From positions 205,592,001 to 205,656,000 of the forward strand of contig OZ024741.1 in the NCBI GenBank assembly GCA_964016885.1: a stretch of DNA of 64,000 bases. Reading direction: 5' to 3'. The position numbers and the translations under genes are program-made. The notes below the pieces were generated by a model that was given only the letters and a program-made list of their open reading frames with translations, had not been told where the DNA came from and made no database searches. Origin of the DNA: Eledone cirrhosa. Lineage: Eukaryota. Below are positions 1-13,671 of this stretch, one piece after another (position 1 is the stretch's first letter; each line of letters opens with the position of its first letter).

Positions 1-3000
1 TGTGGTGTGTGTGATGTGGTGTGATGTGTGGTGTGTGATGTGGTGTGTGTGACGTGGTGTGTGGTGTGTGCGGTGTGTCGTGTGGGTGGTATGTGGTTTG
101 GTGTGTTGTGGTGTGTGTGGTGTGTGTTGTGATGTGGTGTGTGGTGTGTGGTGTGTGTGTGTGCTGTGTGGTGTGGTGCGTGGTGTGGTGTGTGTGATGT
201 GGTGTGGTGTGTGGTAGATGTGGTGTGTGGTGTGTGATGTGTGGTGTGTGGTGTGTGGTGTGATGTGTGTGGTGTGGCGTGTGTGATGTGGTGTGTGTGT
301 GTGGTGTGTGGTGAGTGATGGGGTGTGTGGTGTGGTGTGTGTGGTGTGTGATGTGGTGTGTGTGATGTGGTGTGGTGTGTGGTGTGATGTGATGTGTGGT
401 ATGGTGTGTGCGATGTGGTGTGTGCATGTGGTGTGTGGTGTGGTGTGTGATGTGGTGTGGTGTGTGGTGTGGTGTGGTGTGTGTTGTGGTGTGTGGTGTG
501 TGTGATGTGGTGTGGTGTGTGGTGTGATGTGGTGTGTGTGATGTGGTGTGGTATGTGTGGTGTGTGTATGTTGTGTGTGTGTTGTGGTGTGTGTGTGTGT
601 GCTTTATGTGTGTGGTGTGTGGTGTGTGTATGTGGTGTGTGTGATATGGTGTGTGTGTGTGTGGTGTGTGTGTGTGTTGTGGTGTGTGGTATATGTGTGT
701 GTGGTATGTGTATATGGTGTGTGTGTGTGTAGTGTGTGTGATGTGGTGTGTGTCGTGTGTGTGGTGTGTGTGATGTGGTGTGGTGTGTGCGGTGTGGTGT
801 GTGTGTTGTGGTGTGTGTGGTGTGGTGTGTGGTGTGTGGCCTGGTGTGCTGTGTGGTGTGGTTTGGTGTGTGTGTGTGGTGTGTGGTGTGTGGTGTGGTG
901 TGTGTGTGTGTGATGTGGTGTGTGATGTGATGAGGTGTGTGGTGTGGTGTGTGTGTGTGGTGTGTGGTGTGGTGTGTGTGTGTGGTGTGATGTGGTGAGG
1001 TGTGTGGTGTGGTGTGTGTGTGGTGTGTGATGTGGTGTGTGTGATGTGGTGTGGTGTGTGGTGTGGTGTGGTGTGTGGTGTGTGATGTGATGGTGTGAGT
1101 GCTGTGGTGTGTGTGGTGAGTGTGATGTGGTGTGATGTTGGTGGTTATGTGGTGTGTGTGACGTGTGTATTTGTGGTGTGTGCGGTGTGTCGTGTTGTGT
1201 GGTGTTTGGTGTGGTGCGGTGCATGGTGTGGTGTGTGTGATGTGGTGTGTGCGGTGTGGTGTGGTGTGTGGTGTGTGTGATGTGGTGTGTGTGTCTGGTG
1301 TGTTGTGTGTAGTGTGGTGTGAGGTGTGGTGTGTGGTATGGTGTGTGATGTGGTGTGGTGTGTGGTGTGTGGTGTGTGGTGTGGTTTTTGGTGTGGTGTG
1401 TGTGTGTAGTGTGGAGTGTGGTGTGGTGTGTGTGCTGTGGTGTGGTGTGGTGTGTGGTGTGTGGTGAGTGTATGTGGTGGTGTGTGTGATGTGGTGTGGT
1501 GTGTGTGATGAGGTGGGATGTGCGGTGTGTGATGTGGTGTGTGCTGTGGTGTGTGTGGTGTGTGTGTGTGTGGTGTGCGTGTGTGGTGTGTGTGTGTGGT
1601 GTGATGTATGGTGTGTCGTGTATGTGTGTGGTGTGTGATGTGGTGTGTGTGATGTGGTGTGTGTGTGTGGTGTGTGGTGTGGTGTGGTGTGTGGTGTGGT
1701 GTGTGTGTGATGTGGTGTGTGTGATGTGGTGTGGTTTGTGGTGTGGTGTGTTTGAGTAGTGTGTGGTGTGGTGGTGTGTGATGTGGTGTGGTGTGTGTGG
1801 TGTGTGTAATATGGTGTGATGTGTGGTGTGTGATGTGGTGCGTGTGGTGTGTGTGTGTGTGGCGTGTGTGTGTGGCGCGTGTGTGTGGTGTGTGTGTGTG
1901 GTGTGGTTTGGTGTGAGGTGTGGTCTGTGGTATGGTGTGTGATGTGGTGTGGTGTGTGGTGTGTGGTGTGTGGTGTGGTGTTTGGTGTGGAGTTTGTGTG
2001 GTGTGGTGTGTGGTGTGTGTGATGTGGTGTGGTGTGTGTGGTGTGTGTGGTGTGTGTGTGTGGTGTGGTGTGTGGGGTGTGTGAGTGTGGTCTGTGTGAT
2101 GTGGTGCGTGTGTGTGGTGTGTGTGGTGTGTGTGTGTGTGGTGTGGTGTATGGTGTGTGTATGTGGTGTGTGATGTGGTGTGTGTGATGTGGTGTGTGAT
2201 GTGGTGTGGTGTGTGTGGTGTGTGTGTGTGGTGTATTATGTGGTGTGTGGTGTGTGTGTGGTGTGTGTTGGTGTGTGGTGTGGTGTGTGTGTTGTGGTGT
2301 GTGTGTATGTTGTGGTGTGTGGTGTGTGGCGTGGTGTTGTGTGTGTGTGTGGTGTTTGTGATGTGGTGTGGTGTGTGGTGTGATGTGTGTGGTGTGGTGT
2401 GGTGTGGTGTGGTGTGTGATGTGTGGTTTTGTGGTGTGATGTGTGGTGTGTGATGTGGTGTGTGTGGTGTGTGTGTGGTGTGGTGTGTGTGATGTGGTGT
2501 GATGTGTGGTGTGTGATGTGGTGTGTGTGACGTGGTGTGTGGTGTGTGCGGTGTGTCGTGTGGGTGGTATGTGGTTTGGTGTGATGTGGTGTGTGTGGTG
2601 TGTGTTGTGATGTGGTGTGTGGTGTGTGGTGTGTGATATGGTGTGTGTGGTATGTGTGGTGTGCGTGTGTGGTGTGTGGTGTGTGGTATGTGTGTGCGTG
2701 TGTGTGGTGTGGTGAATGGTGTTTCGTGTGTGTGTGTGGTGTGTGGTGTGGTGTGTGGTGTGTGTGTGTTGTGATGTGTGGAGTGTTGTTTGGTGTGTGT
2801 GTAGTGTGTGTTGGTGTGTGGTGTGGTGTGGTGTGTGTGATGTGGTTTGGTGTGGGTGGTGTGGTGTGGTGTGTGTGATGTGGTGTGTGTGATGTGGTCT
2901 GGTGTGTGGTGTGATGTGTTGTGGTGTGTGGTGTGTGGTGTGTGGTGTGTTTTGTGTATGATGTGGTGTGGTGTGTGTGGTGTGTGTGGTGTGTGTCTGT

Positions 3001-6000
3001 GCTGTGTGTGGTATGTGTGGTGTGTGTGATGTGGTGTGGTGTGTGTGTGGTGTGTGTGTGTGGTGTGGTGTATGGTGTGTGGTGTGTGTATGTGGCGTGT
3101 GATGTCGTGTGTGTGATGTGGTGTGTGATGTGGTGTGGTGTGTCTGGTGTGTGTGTGTGGTGTATTATGTGGTGTGTGTGTGTGGTGTGTGTGTGTGGTG
3201 TGTGGTGTGTGTGTGTTGTGATGTGTGGAGTGTTGTGTGGTGTGTGTGTGGTGTGTGTTGGTGTGTGGTGTGGTGTGGTGTGTGTGTTGTGGTGTGTGTG
3301 TGTGTTGTGGTGTGTGGTGTGTGGCGTGATGTTGTGTGTGGTGTGTGTGATGTGGTGTGTGTGTGTGTGGTGTGTGTGTGGCGTGTGTGTGTGGTGTGTG
3401 TGTGTGGTGTGTGTTGTGTGTGGTGTGTGTGTGTGGTGTGTGTCGTGTGGTGTGGTATGGTGTGTGATGTGTGGTGGGTGTGTGGTGTGGTGTGTGTGAT
3501 GTGGTGTGGTGTGTAATTGTGGTGTGTGGTGTGTGGTGTGTGTGGTGTTGTGTGGTGTGTGTGATGTGGTGTGTGTGATGTGGTGTGGTGTGTGGTGTAG
3601 TGTGTGGTGTGATGTGTGTGGTGTGTGTGTGTGTGGTGTACGGTGTGTGGTGTGTGTGTGTGATGTGTGATGTGGTGTGTGCGATGTGGTGTGTGTGATG
3701 TGGTGTGGTGTGTGTGGTGTGATGTGTGGTGTGCGTGTGTGTGGTGTGTGTGATGTAGTCTGTGTGTGGGGTGTGTGTAGGATGTGGTGTGGTGTGTGGT
3801 GTGGTGTGGTGTGTGGTGTGTTGTGTGTGGTGTGTGTGTGTGGTGTATGGTGTGTGGTGTGTGTGGTGTGTGATGTGGTATGTGTGATGTGGTGTGTGTA
3901 ATGTGGAGTGGTGTGATGTGGTGTGTGTAATGTGGAGTGGTGTGTGTGGTTTGTGTGTGTGGTGTGTGTGTTGTGGTGTGTGTGTGTGGTGTAGTGTGTG
4001 GTGTGTGTGTTGTGGTGTGTGTGTGTGCTGTGGTGTGGTGTGTGTGTTGTGGTGTGTGTGTGTGATGTGGTGTGGTGTGTGTGTGTGTGGTGTGTGGTGT
4101 GTGTGATGTGGTGTGGTGTGTGTAGTGTGGTGTGTGTTGTGTGTGTGGTGTGTGTGTGTGTGGTGTATGATGTGTGTGTGTGTGTGGTGTGTGTGTGGTG
4201 TGTGTGTGGTGTGGTGTGTGGTGTGGTGTGTGGTGTGGTGTGTGTGTTTGTGATGTGGTGTGTGATGTGGTGTGTGTGTAGTGTGAGTGTGTGGTGTGGT
4301 GTGTGGTGTGTGGTGTGGTGTGTGGTGTGTGTGAGTGTGGTGTGTGTGTGTGGTGTGTTGTGTGTGATATGGTGTTGGTGTGTGGTGTAGTGTGGTGTGT
4401 GGTGTGTTGTGTGTGGTGTGTGTGTGTGGTGTGGTGTATGGTGTGTGGTGTGTGTGGTGTGTGATGTGGTGTGTGTGATGTGGTGTGTGTGATGTGGCGT
4501 GGTGTGTGTGGTTTGTGTGTGTGGTGTGATGTGTGGTGTGTGTGTGTGATGTGGTGTGTGTGTGGTGTAGTGTGTGGTGTGTGATGTGGTGTGGTGTGTG
4601 TGTGTGGTGTGTGTGGTGTGGTGTGTGTGATGTGGTGTGGTGTGTGTAGTGTGGTGTGTGGTGTGTGTGATGTGGTGTGGTGTGTGTTGTGTGGTGTGTG
4701 TGTGTGTGGTGTGTGTGTGGTGTGAGCGTGTGGTGTGTGTGTGTCGTGTGGGGTTTGGTGTGGTGTGTGTGTGTGGTGTGATGTGTGGGGTGTGTGAGTG
4801 TGGTCTGTGTGATGTGGTGTGTGTGTGTGGTGTGTGTGTTGTGTGTGGTGTGGTGTATGGTGTGTGGTGTGTGCATGTGGTGTGTGATGTGGTGTGTGTG
4901 ATGTGGTGTGTGATGTGGTGTGGTGTGTGTGGGTGTGTGTGTGTGGTGTATTATGTGGTGTGTGTGTGGTGTGTGTGGTGTGTGTGTGTTGTGATCTTTG
5001 GTGTGTGGTGTGGTGTGTGAGGTGGTGTGTGTTGGTGTGTGGTGTGGTGTGTTGTGTGTAGTGTAGTGTGTGGTGTGTGATGTGGTGGTGTGTGTGTGTG
5101 TGGTGTGTGGTGTGTGTGATGTGGTGTGGTGTGTGTAGTGTGGTGTGTGTTGTCTGTGTGGTGTGTGTGTGTGGTGTATCATGTGTGTGTGTGTGTGTAA
5201 TGTGTGTGTGGTGTGTGTGTGTGTGTGTGGTGTGGTGTGTGGTGTGGTATGTGTGTGTGGCGTGTGTGTGTGGTGTATGATGTGGTGTGTTTGTGGTGTG
5301 TATGTGTGGTGTGGTGTGTGGTGTGGTGTGTGGTGTGTGGTGTGGTATGTGTGGTGTGTGGTGTGGTGTGTGTGTTGTGTGTGTGTGGTGTCTGATGTGG
5401 TCTGTGTGTGGTGTGTGTGTATGGTGTGTGTGTGTGGTGTGTGTGTGTGATGTGTGTGTGTGTGGTGTGGTCTGGTTAGGTGTGTGTGATGTGGTGTGTG
5501 CGATATGGTGTGGTGTGTGGTGTAGTGTGGTTTGTGGTGTGTTGTGTGTGGTGTGTGTGTGTGGTGTGTGTGGTGTGTGGTGTGTGTGTGTGGTGTGATG
5601 TGTGGTGTGTGTCTGTGATGTTGTGTGTGTGTGGTGTAGTGTGTGGTGTGTGTTGTGTGTGTGGTGTGTGTGGTGTGTGGTGTGTGTGTGTGGTGTGTGT
5701 GTGTCGTGTGGTGTTTGGTGTGGTGTGTGTGATGTGGTGTGGTGTGTGTGGTTTGTGTGTGTGGTGTGGTCTGTGGGGTGTGTGAGTGTGGTCTGTGTGA
5801 TGTGGTGCGTGTGTGTGGTGTGTGTGGTGTGTGTGTGTGTGGTGTGCTGTATGGTGTGTGGTGTGTGTATGTGGTGTGTGATGTGGTGTGTGTGATGTGG
5901 TGTGTGATGGGGTGTGTGTGTGGTGTGTGGTGTGTGTGTGTTGTGATGTGTGGAGTGTTGTGTGGTGTGTGTGTAGTGTGTGGTGGTGTGTGGTGTGGTG

Positions 6001-9000
6001 TGTGTGTTGTGGTGTGTGTGTGTGTTGTGGTGTGTGGTGTGTGGCTTGGTGTTGTGTGTGGTGTGGTGTGTGTGATGTGGTGTGGTGTGTGGTGTGATGT
6101 GATGTGGTGTGGTGTGTGGTGTGATTTGTGTGGTGTGGTGTGGTGTGGTGTGGTGTGTGATGTGTGGTTTTGTGGTGTGTGTGTGGTGTGGTGTGTGTGG
6201 TGTGTGTGATGTGGTGTGATGTGTGGTGTGTGATGTGGTGTGTGTGACGTGGTGTGTGGTGTGTGCGGTGTGTCGTGTGGGTGGTATGTGGTTTGGTGTG
6301 TTGTGGTGTGTGTGGTGTGTGTTGTGATGTGGTGTGTGGTGTGTGGTGTGTGTGTGTGCTGTGTGGTGTGGTGCGTGGTGTGGTGTGTGTGATGTGGTGT
6401 GGTGTGTGGTAGATGTGGTGTGTGGTGTGTGATGTGTGGTGTGTGGTGTGTGGTGTGATGTGTGTGGTGTGGCGTGTGTGATGTGGTGTGTGTGTGTGGT
6501 GTGTGGTGAGTGATGGGGTGTGTGGTGTGGTGTGTGTGGTGTGTGATGTGGTGTGTGTGATGTGGTGTGGTGTGTGGTGTGATGTGATGTGTGGTATGGT
6601 GTGTGCGATGTGGTGTGTGCATGTGGTGTGTGGTGTGGTGTGTGATGTGGTGTGGTGTGTGGTGTGGTGTGGTGTGTGTTGTGGTGTGTGGTGTGTGTGA
6701 TGTGGTGTGGTGTGTGGTGTGATGTGGTGTGTGTGATGTGGTGTGGTATGTGTGGTGTGTGTATGTTGTGTGTGTGTTGTGGTGTGTGTGTGTGTGCTTT
6801 ATGTGTGTGGTGTGTGGTGTGTGTATGTGGTGTGTGTGATATGGTGTGTGTGTGTGTGGTGTGTGTGTGTGTTGTGGTGTGTGGTATATGTGTGTGTGGT
6901 ATGTGTATATGGTGTGTGTGTGTGTAGTGTGTGTGATGTGGTGTGTGTCGTGTGTGTGATGTGGTGTGGTGTGTGCGGTGTGGTGTGTGTGTTGTGGTGT
7001 GTGTGGTGTGGTGTGTGGTGTGTGGCCTGGTGTGCTGTGTGGTGTGGTTTGGTGTGTGTGTGTGGTGTGTGGTGTGTGGTGTGGTGTGTGTGTGTGTGAT
7101 GTGGTGTGTGATGTGATGAGGTGTGTGGTGTGGTGTGTGTGTGTGGTGTGTGGTGTGGTGTGTGTGTGTGGTGTGATGTGGTGAGGTGTGTGGTGTGGTG
7201 TGTGTGTGGTGTGTGATGTGGTGTGTGTGATGTGGTGTGGTGTGTGGTGTGGTGTGGTGTGTGGTGTGTGATGTGATGGTGTGAGTGCTGTGGTGTGTGT
7301 GGTGTGTGTGATGTGGTGTGATGTTGGTGGTTATGTGGTGTGTGTGACGTGTGTATTTGTGGTGTGTGCGGTGTGTCGTGTTGTGTGGTGTTTGGTGTGG
7401 TGCGGTGCATGGTGTGGTGTGTGTGATGTGGTGTGTGCGGTGTGGTGTGGTGTGTGGTGTGTGTGATGTGGTGTGTGTGTCTGGTGTGTTGTGTGTAGTG
7501 TGGTGTGAGTTGTGGTGTGTGGTATGGTGTGTGATGTGGTGTGGTGTGTGGTGTGTGGTGTGTGGTGTGGTTTTTGGTGTGGTGTGTGTGTGTAGTGTGG
7601 AGTGTGGTGTGGTGTGTGTGCTGTGGTGTGGTGTGGTGTGTGGTATGTGGTGAGTGTATGTGGTGGTGTGTGTGATGTGGTGTGGTGTGTGTGATGAGGT
7701 GGGATGTGCGGTGTGTGATGTGGTGTGTGCTGTGGTGTGTGTGGTGTGTGTGTGTGTGGTGTGCGTGTGTGGTGTGTGTGTGTGGTGTGATGTATGGTGT
7801 GTCGTGTATGTGTGTGGTGTGTGATGTGGTGTGTGTGATGTGGTGTGTGTGTGTGGTGTGTGGTGTGGTGTGGTGTGTGGTGTGGTGTGTGTGTGATGTG
7901 GTGTGTGTGATGTGGTGTGGTTTGTGGTGTGGTGTGTTTGAGTAGTGTGTGGTGTGGTGGTGTGTGATGTGGTGTGGTGTGTGTGGCGTGTGTAATATGG
8001 TGTGATGTGTGGTGTGTGATGTGGTGCGTGTGGTGTGTGTGTGTGTGGCGTGTGTGTGTGGCGCGTGTGTGTGGTGTGTGTGTGTGGTGTGGTTTGGTGT
8101 GAGGTGTGGTCTGTGGTATGGTGTGTGATGTGGTGTGGTGTGTGGTGTGTGGTGTGGTGTTTGGTGTGGAGTTTGTGTGGTGTGGTGTGTGGTGTGTGTG
8201 ATGTGGTGTGGTGTGTGTGGTGTGTGTGGTGTGTGTGTGTGGTGTGGTGTGTGGGGTGTGTGAGTGTGGTCTGTGTGATGTGGTGCGTGTGTGTGGTGTG
8301 TGTGGTGTGTGTGTGTGTGGTGTGGTGTATGGTGTGTGTATGTGGTGTGTGATGTGGTGTGTGTGATGTGGTGTGTGATGTGGTGTGGTGTGTGTGGTGT
8401 GTGTGTGTGGTGTATTATGTGGTGTGTGGTGTGTGTGTGGTGTGTGTTGGTGTGTGGTGTGGTGTGTGTGTTGTGGTGTGTGTGTATGTTGTGGTGTGTG
8501 GTGTGTGGCGTGGTGTTGTGTGTGTGTGTGGTGTTTGTGATGTGGTGTGGTGTGTGGTGTGATGTGTGTGGTGTGGTGTGGTGTGGTGTGGTGTGTGATG
8601 TGTGGTTTTGTGGTGTGATGTGTGGTGTGTGATGTGGTGTGTGTGGTGTGTGTGTGGTGTGGTGTGTGTGGTGTGTGTGATGTGGTGTGATGTGTGGTGT
8701 GTGATGTGGTGTGTGTGACGTGGTGTGTGGTGTGTGCGGTGTGTCGTGTGGGTGGTATGTGGTTTGGTGTGATGTGGTGTGTGTGGTGTGTGTTGTGATG
8801 TGGTGTGTGGTGTGTGGTGTGTGATATGGTGTGTGTGGTATGTGTGGTGTGCGTGTGTGGTGTGTGGTGTGTGGTATGTGTGTGCGTGTGTGTGGTGTGG
8901 TGAATGGTGTTTCGTGTGTGTGTGTGGTGTGTGGTGTGGTGTGTGGTGTGTGTGTGTTGTGATGTGTGGAGTGTTGTTTGGTGTGTGTGTCGTGTGTGTT

Positions 9001-12000
9001 GGTGTGTGGTGTGGTGTGGTGTGTGTGATGTGGTTTGGTGTGGGTGGTGTGGTGTGGTGTGTGTGATGTGGTGTGTGTGATGTGGTCTGGTGTGTGGTGT
9101 GATGTGTTGTGGTGTGTGGTGTGTGGTGTGTGGTGTGTTTTGTGTATGATGTGGTGTGGTGTGTGTGGTGTGTGTGGTGTGTGTCTGTGCTGTGTGTGGT
9201 ATGTGTGGTGTGTGTGATGTGGTGTGGTGTGTGTGTGGTGTGTGTGTGTGGTGTGGTGTATGGTGTGTGGTGTGTGTATGTGGCGTGTGATGTCGTGTGT
9301 GTGATGTGGTGTGTGATGTGGTGTGGTGTGTCTGGTGTGTGTGTGTGGTGTATTATGTGATGTGTGTGTGTGGTGTGTGTGTGTGGTGTGTGGTGTGTGT
9401 GTGTTGTGATGTGTGGAGTGTTGTGTGGTGTGTGTGTGGTGTGTGTTGGTGTGTGGTGTGGTGTGGTGTGTGTGTTATGGTGTGTGTGTGTGTTGTGGTG
9501 TGTGGTGTGTGGCGTGATGTTGTGTGTGGTGTGGTGTGTGTGATGTGGTGTGTGTGTGTGTGGTGTGTGTGTGGCGTGTGTGTGTGGTGTGTGTGTGTGG
9601 TGTGTGTGTTGTGTGTGGTGTGTGTGTGTGGTGTGTGTCGTGTGGTGTGGTATGGTGTGTGATGTGTGGTGGGTGTGTGGTGTGGTGTGTGTGATGTGGT
9701 GTGGTGTGTAATTGTGGTGTGTGGTGTGTGGTGTGTGTGGTGTTGTGTGGTGTGTGTGATGTGGTGTGTGTGATGTGGTGTGGTGTGTGGTGTAGTGTGT
9801 GGTGTGATGTGTGTGGTGTGTGTGTGTGTGGTGTACGGTGTGTGGTGTGTGTGTGTGATGTGTGATGTGGTGTGTGCGATGTGGTGTGTGTGATGTGGTG
9901 TGGTGTGTGTGGTGTGATGTGTGGTGTGCGTGTGTGTGGTGTGTGTGATGTAGTCTGTGTGTGGGGTGTGTGTAGGATGTGGTGTGGTGTGTGGTGTGGT
10001 GTGGTGTGTGGTGTGTTGTGTGTGGTGTGTGTGTGTGGTGTATGGTGTGTGGTGTGTGTGGTGTGTGATGTGGTATGTGTGATGTGGTGTGTGTAATGTG
10101 GAGTGGTGTGATGTGGTGTGTGTAATGTGGAGTGGTGTGTGTGGTTTGTGTGTGTGGTGTGTGTGTTGTGGTGTGTGTGTGTGGTGTAGTGTGTGGTGTG
10201 TGTGTTGTGGTGTGTGTGTGTGCTGTGGTGTGGTGTGTGTGTTGTGGTGTGTGTGTGTGATGTGGTGTGGTGTGTGTGTGTGTGGTGTGTGGTGTGTGTG
10301 ATGTGGTGTGGTGTGTGTAGTGTGGTGTGTGTTGTGTGTGTGGTGTGTGTGTGTGGTGTATGATGTGTGTGTGTGTGTGGTGTGTGTGTGGTGTGTGTGT
10401 GGTGTGGTGTGTGGTGTGGTGTGTGGTGTGGTGTGTGTGTTTGTGATGTGGTGTGTGATGTGGTGTGTGTGTAGTGTGAGTGTGTGGTGTGGTGTGTGGT
10501 GTGTGGTGTGGTGTGTGGTGTGTGTGAGTGTGGTGTGTGTGTGTGGTGTGGTGTGTGTGATATGGTGTTGGTGTGTGGTGTAGTGTGGTGTGTGGTGTGT
10601 TGTGTGTGGTGTGTGTGTGTGGTGTGGTGTATGGTGTGTGGTGTGTGTGGTGTGTGATGTGGTGTGTGTGATGTGGTGTGTGTGATGTGGCGTGGTGTGT
10701 GTGGTTTGTGTGTGTGGTGTGATGTGTGGTGTGTGTGTGTGATGTGGTGTGTGTGTGGTGTAGTGTGTGGTGTGTGATGTGGTGTGGTGTGTGTGTGTGG
10801 TGTGTGTTGTGTGGTGTGTGTGATGTGGTGTGGTGTGTGTAGTGTGGTGTGTGGTGTGTGTGATGTGGTGTGGTGTGTGTTGTGTGGTGTGTGTGTGTGT
10901 GGTGTGTGTGTGGTGTGAGCGTGTGGTGTGTGTGTGTCGTGTGGGGTTTGGTGTGGTGTGTATGTGTGGTGTGATGTGTGGGGTGTGTGAGTGTGGTCTG
11001 TGTGATGTGGTGTGTGTGTGTGGTGTGTGTGTTGTGTGTGGTGTGGTGTATGGTGTGTGGTGTGTGCATGTGGTGTGTGATGTGGTGTGTGTGATGTGGT
11101 GTGTGATGTGGTGTGGTGTGTGTGGGTGTGTGTGTGGTGTATTATGTGGTGTGTGTGTGGTGTGTGTGGTGTGCGTGTGTTGTGATCTTTGGTGTGTGGT
11201 GTGGTGTGTGAGGTGGTGTGTGTTGGTGTGTGGTGTGGTGTGTTGTGTGTAGTGTAGTGTGTGGTGTGTGATGTGGTGGTGTGTGTATGTGGTGTGTGTG
11301 ATATGGTGTGTGTGTGTGTGGTGTGTGTGTGTGTTGTGGTGTGTGGTATATGTGTGTGTGGTATGTGTATATGGTGTGTGTGTGTGTAGTGTGTGTGATG
11401 TGGTGTGTGTCGTGTGTGTGGTGTGTGTGATGTGGTGTGGTGTGTGCGGTGTGGTGTGTGTGTTGTGGTGTGTGTGGTGTGGTGTGTGGTGTGTGGCCTG
11501 GTGTGCTGTGTGGTGTGGTTTGGTGTGTGTGTGTGGTGTGTGGTGTGTGGTGTGGTGTGTGTGTGTGTGATGTGGTGTGTGATGTGATGAGGTGTGTGGT
11601 GTGGTGTGTGTGTGTGGTGTGTGGTGTGGTGTGTGTGTGTGGTGTGATGTGGTGAGGTGTGTGGTGTGGTGTGTGTGTGGTGTGTGATGTGGTGTGGTGT
11701 GTGGTGTGGTGTGGTGTGTGGTGTGTGATGTGATGGTGTGAGTGCTGTGGTGTGTGTGGTGTGTGTGATGTGGTGTGATGTTGGTGGTTATGTGGTGTGT
11801 GTGACGTGTGTATTTGTGGTGTGTGCGGTGTGTCGTGTTGTGTGGTGTTTGGTGTGGTGCGGTGCATGGTGTGGTGTGTGTGATGTGGTGTGTGCGGTGT
11901 GGTGTGGTGTGCGGTGTGTGTGATGTGGTGTGTTGTGTGTAGTGTGGTGTGAGGTGTGGTGTGTGGTATGGTGTGTGATGTGGTGTGGTGTGTGGTGTGT

Positions 12001-13385
12001 GGTGTGTGGTGTAGTTTTTGGTGTGGTGTGTGTGTGTAGTGTGGAGTGTGGTGTGGTGTGTGTGCTGTGGTGTGGTGTGGTGTGTGGTGTGTGGTGAGTG
12101 TATGTGGTGGTGTGTGTGATGTGGTGTGGTGTGTGTGATGAGGTGGGATGTGCGGTGTGTGATGTGGTGTGTGCTGTGGTGTGTGTGGTGTGTGTGTGTG
12201 TGGTGTGCGTGTGTGGTGTGTGTGTGTGGTGTGATGTATGGTGTGTCGTGTATGTGTGTGGTGTGTGATGTGGTGTGTGTGATGTGGTGTGTGTGTGGTG
12301 TGTGTGTATGGTGTATGTGTGTGTGGTGTGTGTGTGGGGTGTGTATGATGTGGTGTGGTGTGTGTTGTGTGGTGTGTGTGGTGTTGTGTATGTGGTGTGG
12401 AGTGTGGTGTGTGTGATGTGGTGTGGTGTGTGTGGTGTGTGTGTGGTGTGGTGTGTGTGTGTGGTGTGGTGTGGTGTGTGGTGTATGGAGTGTGGTGTGT
12501 GGTGTGGTGTGTGGTGTGTGGTGTGTGGTGTGCTGTGGTGTGTGGTGTGGTGTGGTGTGTGGTGTGGTGTGTGTGATTTGGTGTGGTGTAGTGTGTGGTG
12601 AGTGGTGTGGTGGTGTGTGTGATGTGGTGTATGGAGTGTGGTGTGTGGTGTGGTGTGTGTGTGCTGTGTGGTGTGTGGTGTGGTGTGTGTGTGCTGTGTG
12701 GTGTGTGGTGTGTGGTGTGGTGTGGTGTGTGGTGTGGTGTGTGTGATGTGGTGTGGTGTGGTGTGTGGTGAGTGGTGTGGTGGTGTGTGTGATGTGGTGT
12801 ATGGAGTGTGGTGTGAGGTGTGGTGTGTGGTGTGGTGTGTGGTGTGCTGTGGTGTGTGGCGTGGTGTTTGGTGTGGTGTGTGTGTGTGGTGTGTGATGTG
12901 GTGGCTGGTGTGATGTGGTGTGTGGCGTGTGGTGTGTGGTGTGTGTGTGTGGTGTGTGGTGTGGTGTGGTGTGTGGTGTGGTGTGTGTGTGATGTGGTGT
13001 GTGTGATGTGGTGTGGTTTGTGGTGTGGTGTGTTTGAGTGGTGTGTTGTGTGGTGGTGTGTGATGTGGTGTGGTGTGTGTGGTGTGTGTAATATGGTGTG
13101 ATGTGTGGTGTGTGATGTGGCGTGTGATGTGGTGCGTGTGGTGTGTGTGTGGCGTGTGTGTGTGGCGCGTGTGTGTGGTGTGTGTGTGTGGTGTGGTTTG
13201 GTGTGAGGTGTGGTCTGTGGTATGGTGTGTGATGTGGTGTGGTGTGTGGTGTGTGGTGCGGTGTTTGGTGTGGAGTTTGTGTGGTGTGGTGTGCGGTGTG
13301 TGTGGTGTGTGGTGTGGTGTGGCGTGGTGTCGTGTGTGTGTTGTGGTGTGTGTGTGTGTGTGATGTTGTTTGTGTGTGTGTGTGC
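1..13385. repeat. Low-complexity TG/TGG/TGA satellite with ~6.19-kb higher-order repeat
   Basis: Almost only G and T on the + strand. Rare marker words recur ~6186-6195 bp apart (identical pseudo-ORFs at 293/6488 and 3677/9872, near-identical at 1165/7351). A third partial, rearranged copy starts near 11280. Confidence 0.95.
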
Positions 13386-13611
13386 ACTCGGGTATCTGAC
13401 ATATATAGATTGTTTAGATTGATCCAGTATCTTGTTGAGATACTGGTCATTCCGTATAGTCAACCTTGATGTAATATTAGGGGGAGCACTCGACGTTATG
13501 CAACTCACCCGTCTTCGTTTGCAACTCACCCGTCTATGGTGGTGCGAATACGGAGTTAATTATTATAAAATAACAGGAGGATGGACTGGTGTAATTCCTT
13601 AAAAGGTTTAT

Positions 13612-13671
13612 TATACTATGAACATTTCAATGACCGAGTCCAGTATGAATCCGGTGACATCATCAGGTATA
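13612..13671 (-). ncRNA. Minimal type I hammerhead ribozyme motif, stem II base degenerate
   Basis: Minus strand reads tatac-CTGATGA-(tgtcaccggattcatactggactcggtcatt)-GAAA-tgttca-TA-gtata. Stem I has 5 bp and the cleavage triplet is AUA. Confidence 0.6.

Noticed and set aside
1-13385. Telomere (TG1-3-like) interpretation
   Set aside because: No TTAGGG array, and the G-rich strand runs toward the interior of the window rather than toward an end.
1145-13529. Very long His/Thr/Pro-rich ORFs (1825, 1365, 884, 795 aa) and many Val/Cys/Trp ORFs
   Set aside because: The CA-rich strand has almost no stop codons, so overlapping ORFs open in several frames. There are no domains; this is a satellite artefact.
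13499-13535. 16-bp direct repeat tgcaactcacccgtct
   Set aside because: Only two copies 5 bp apart; a local duplication, not an array.
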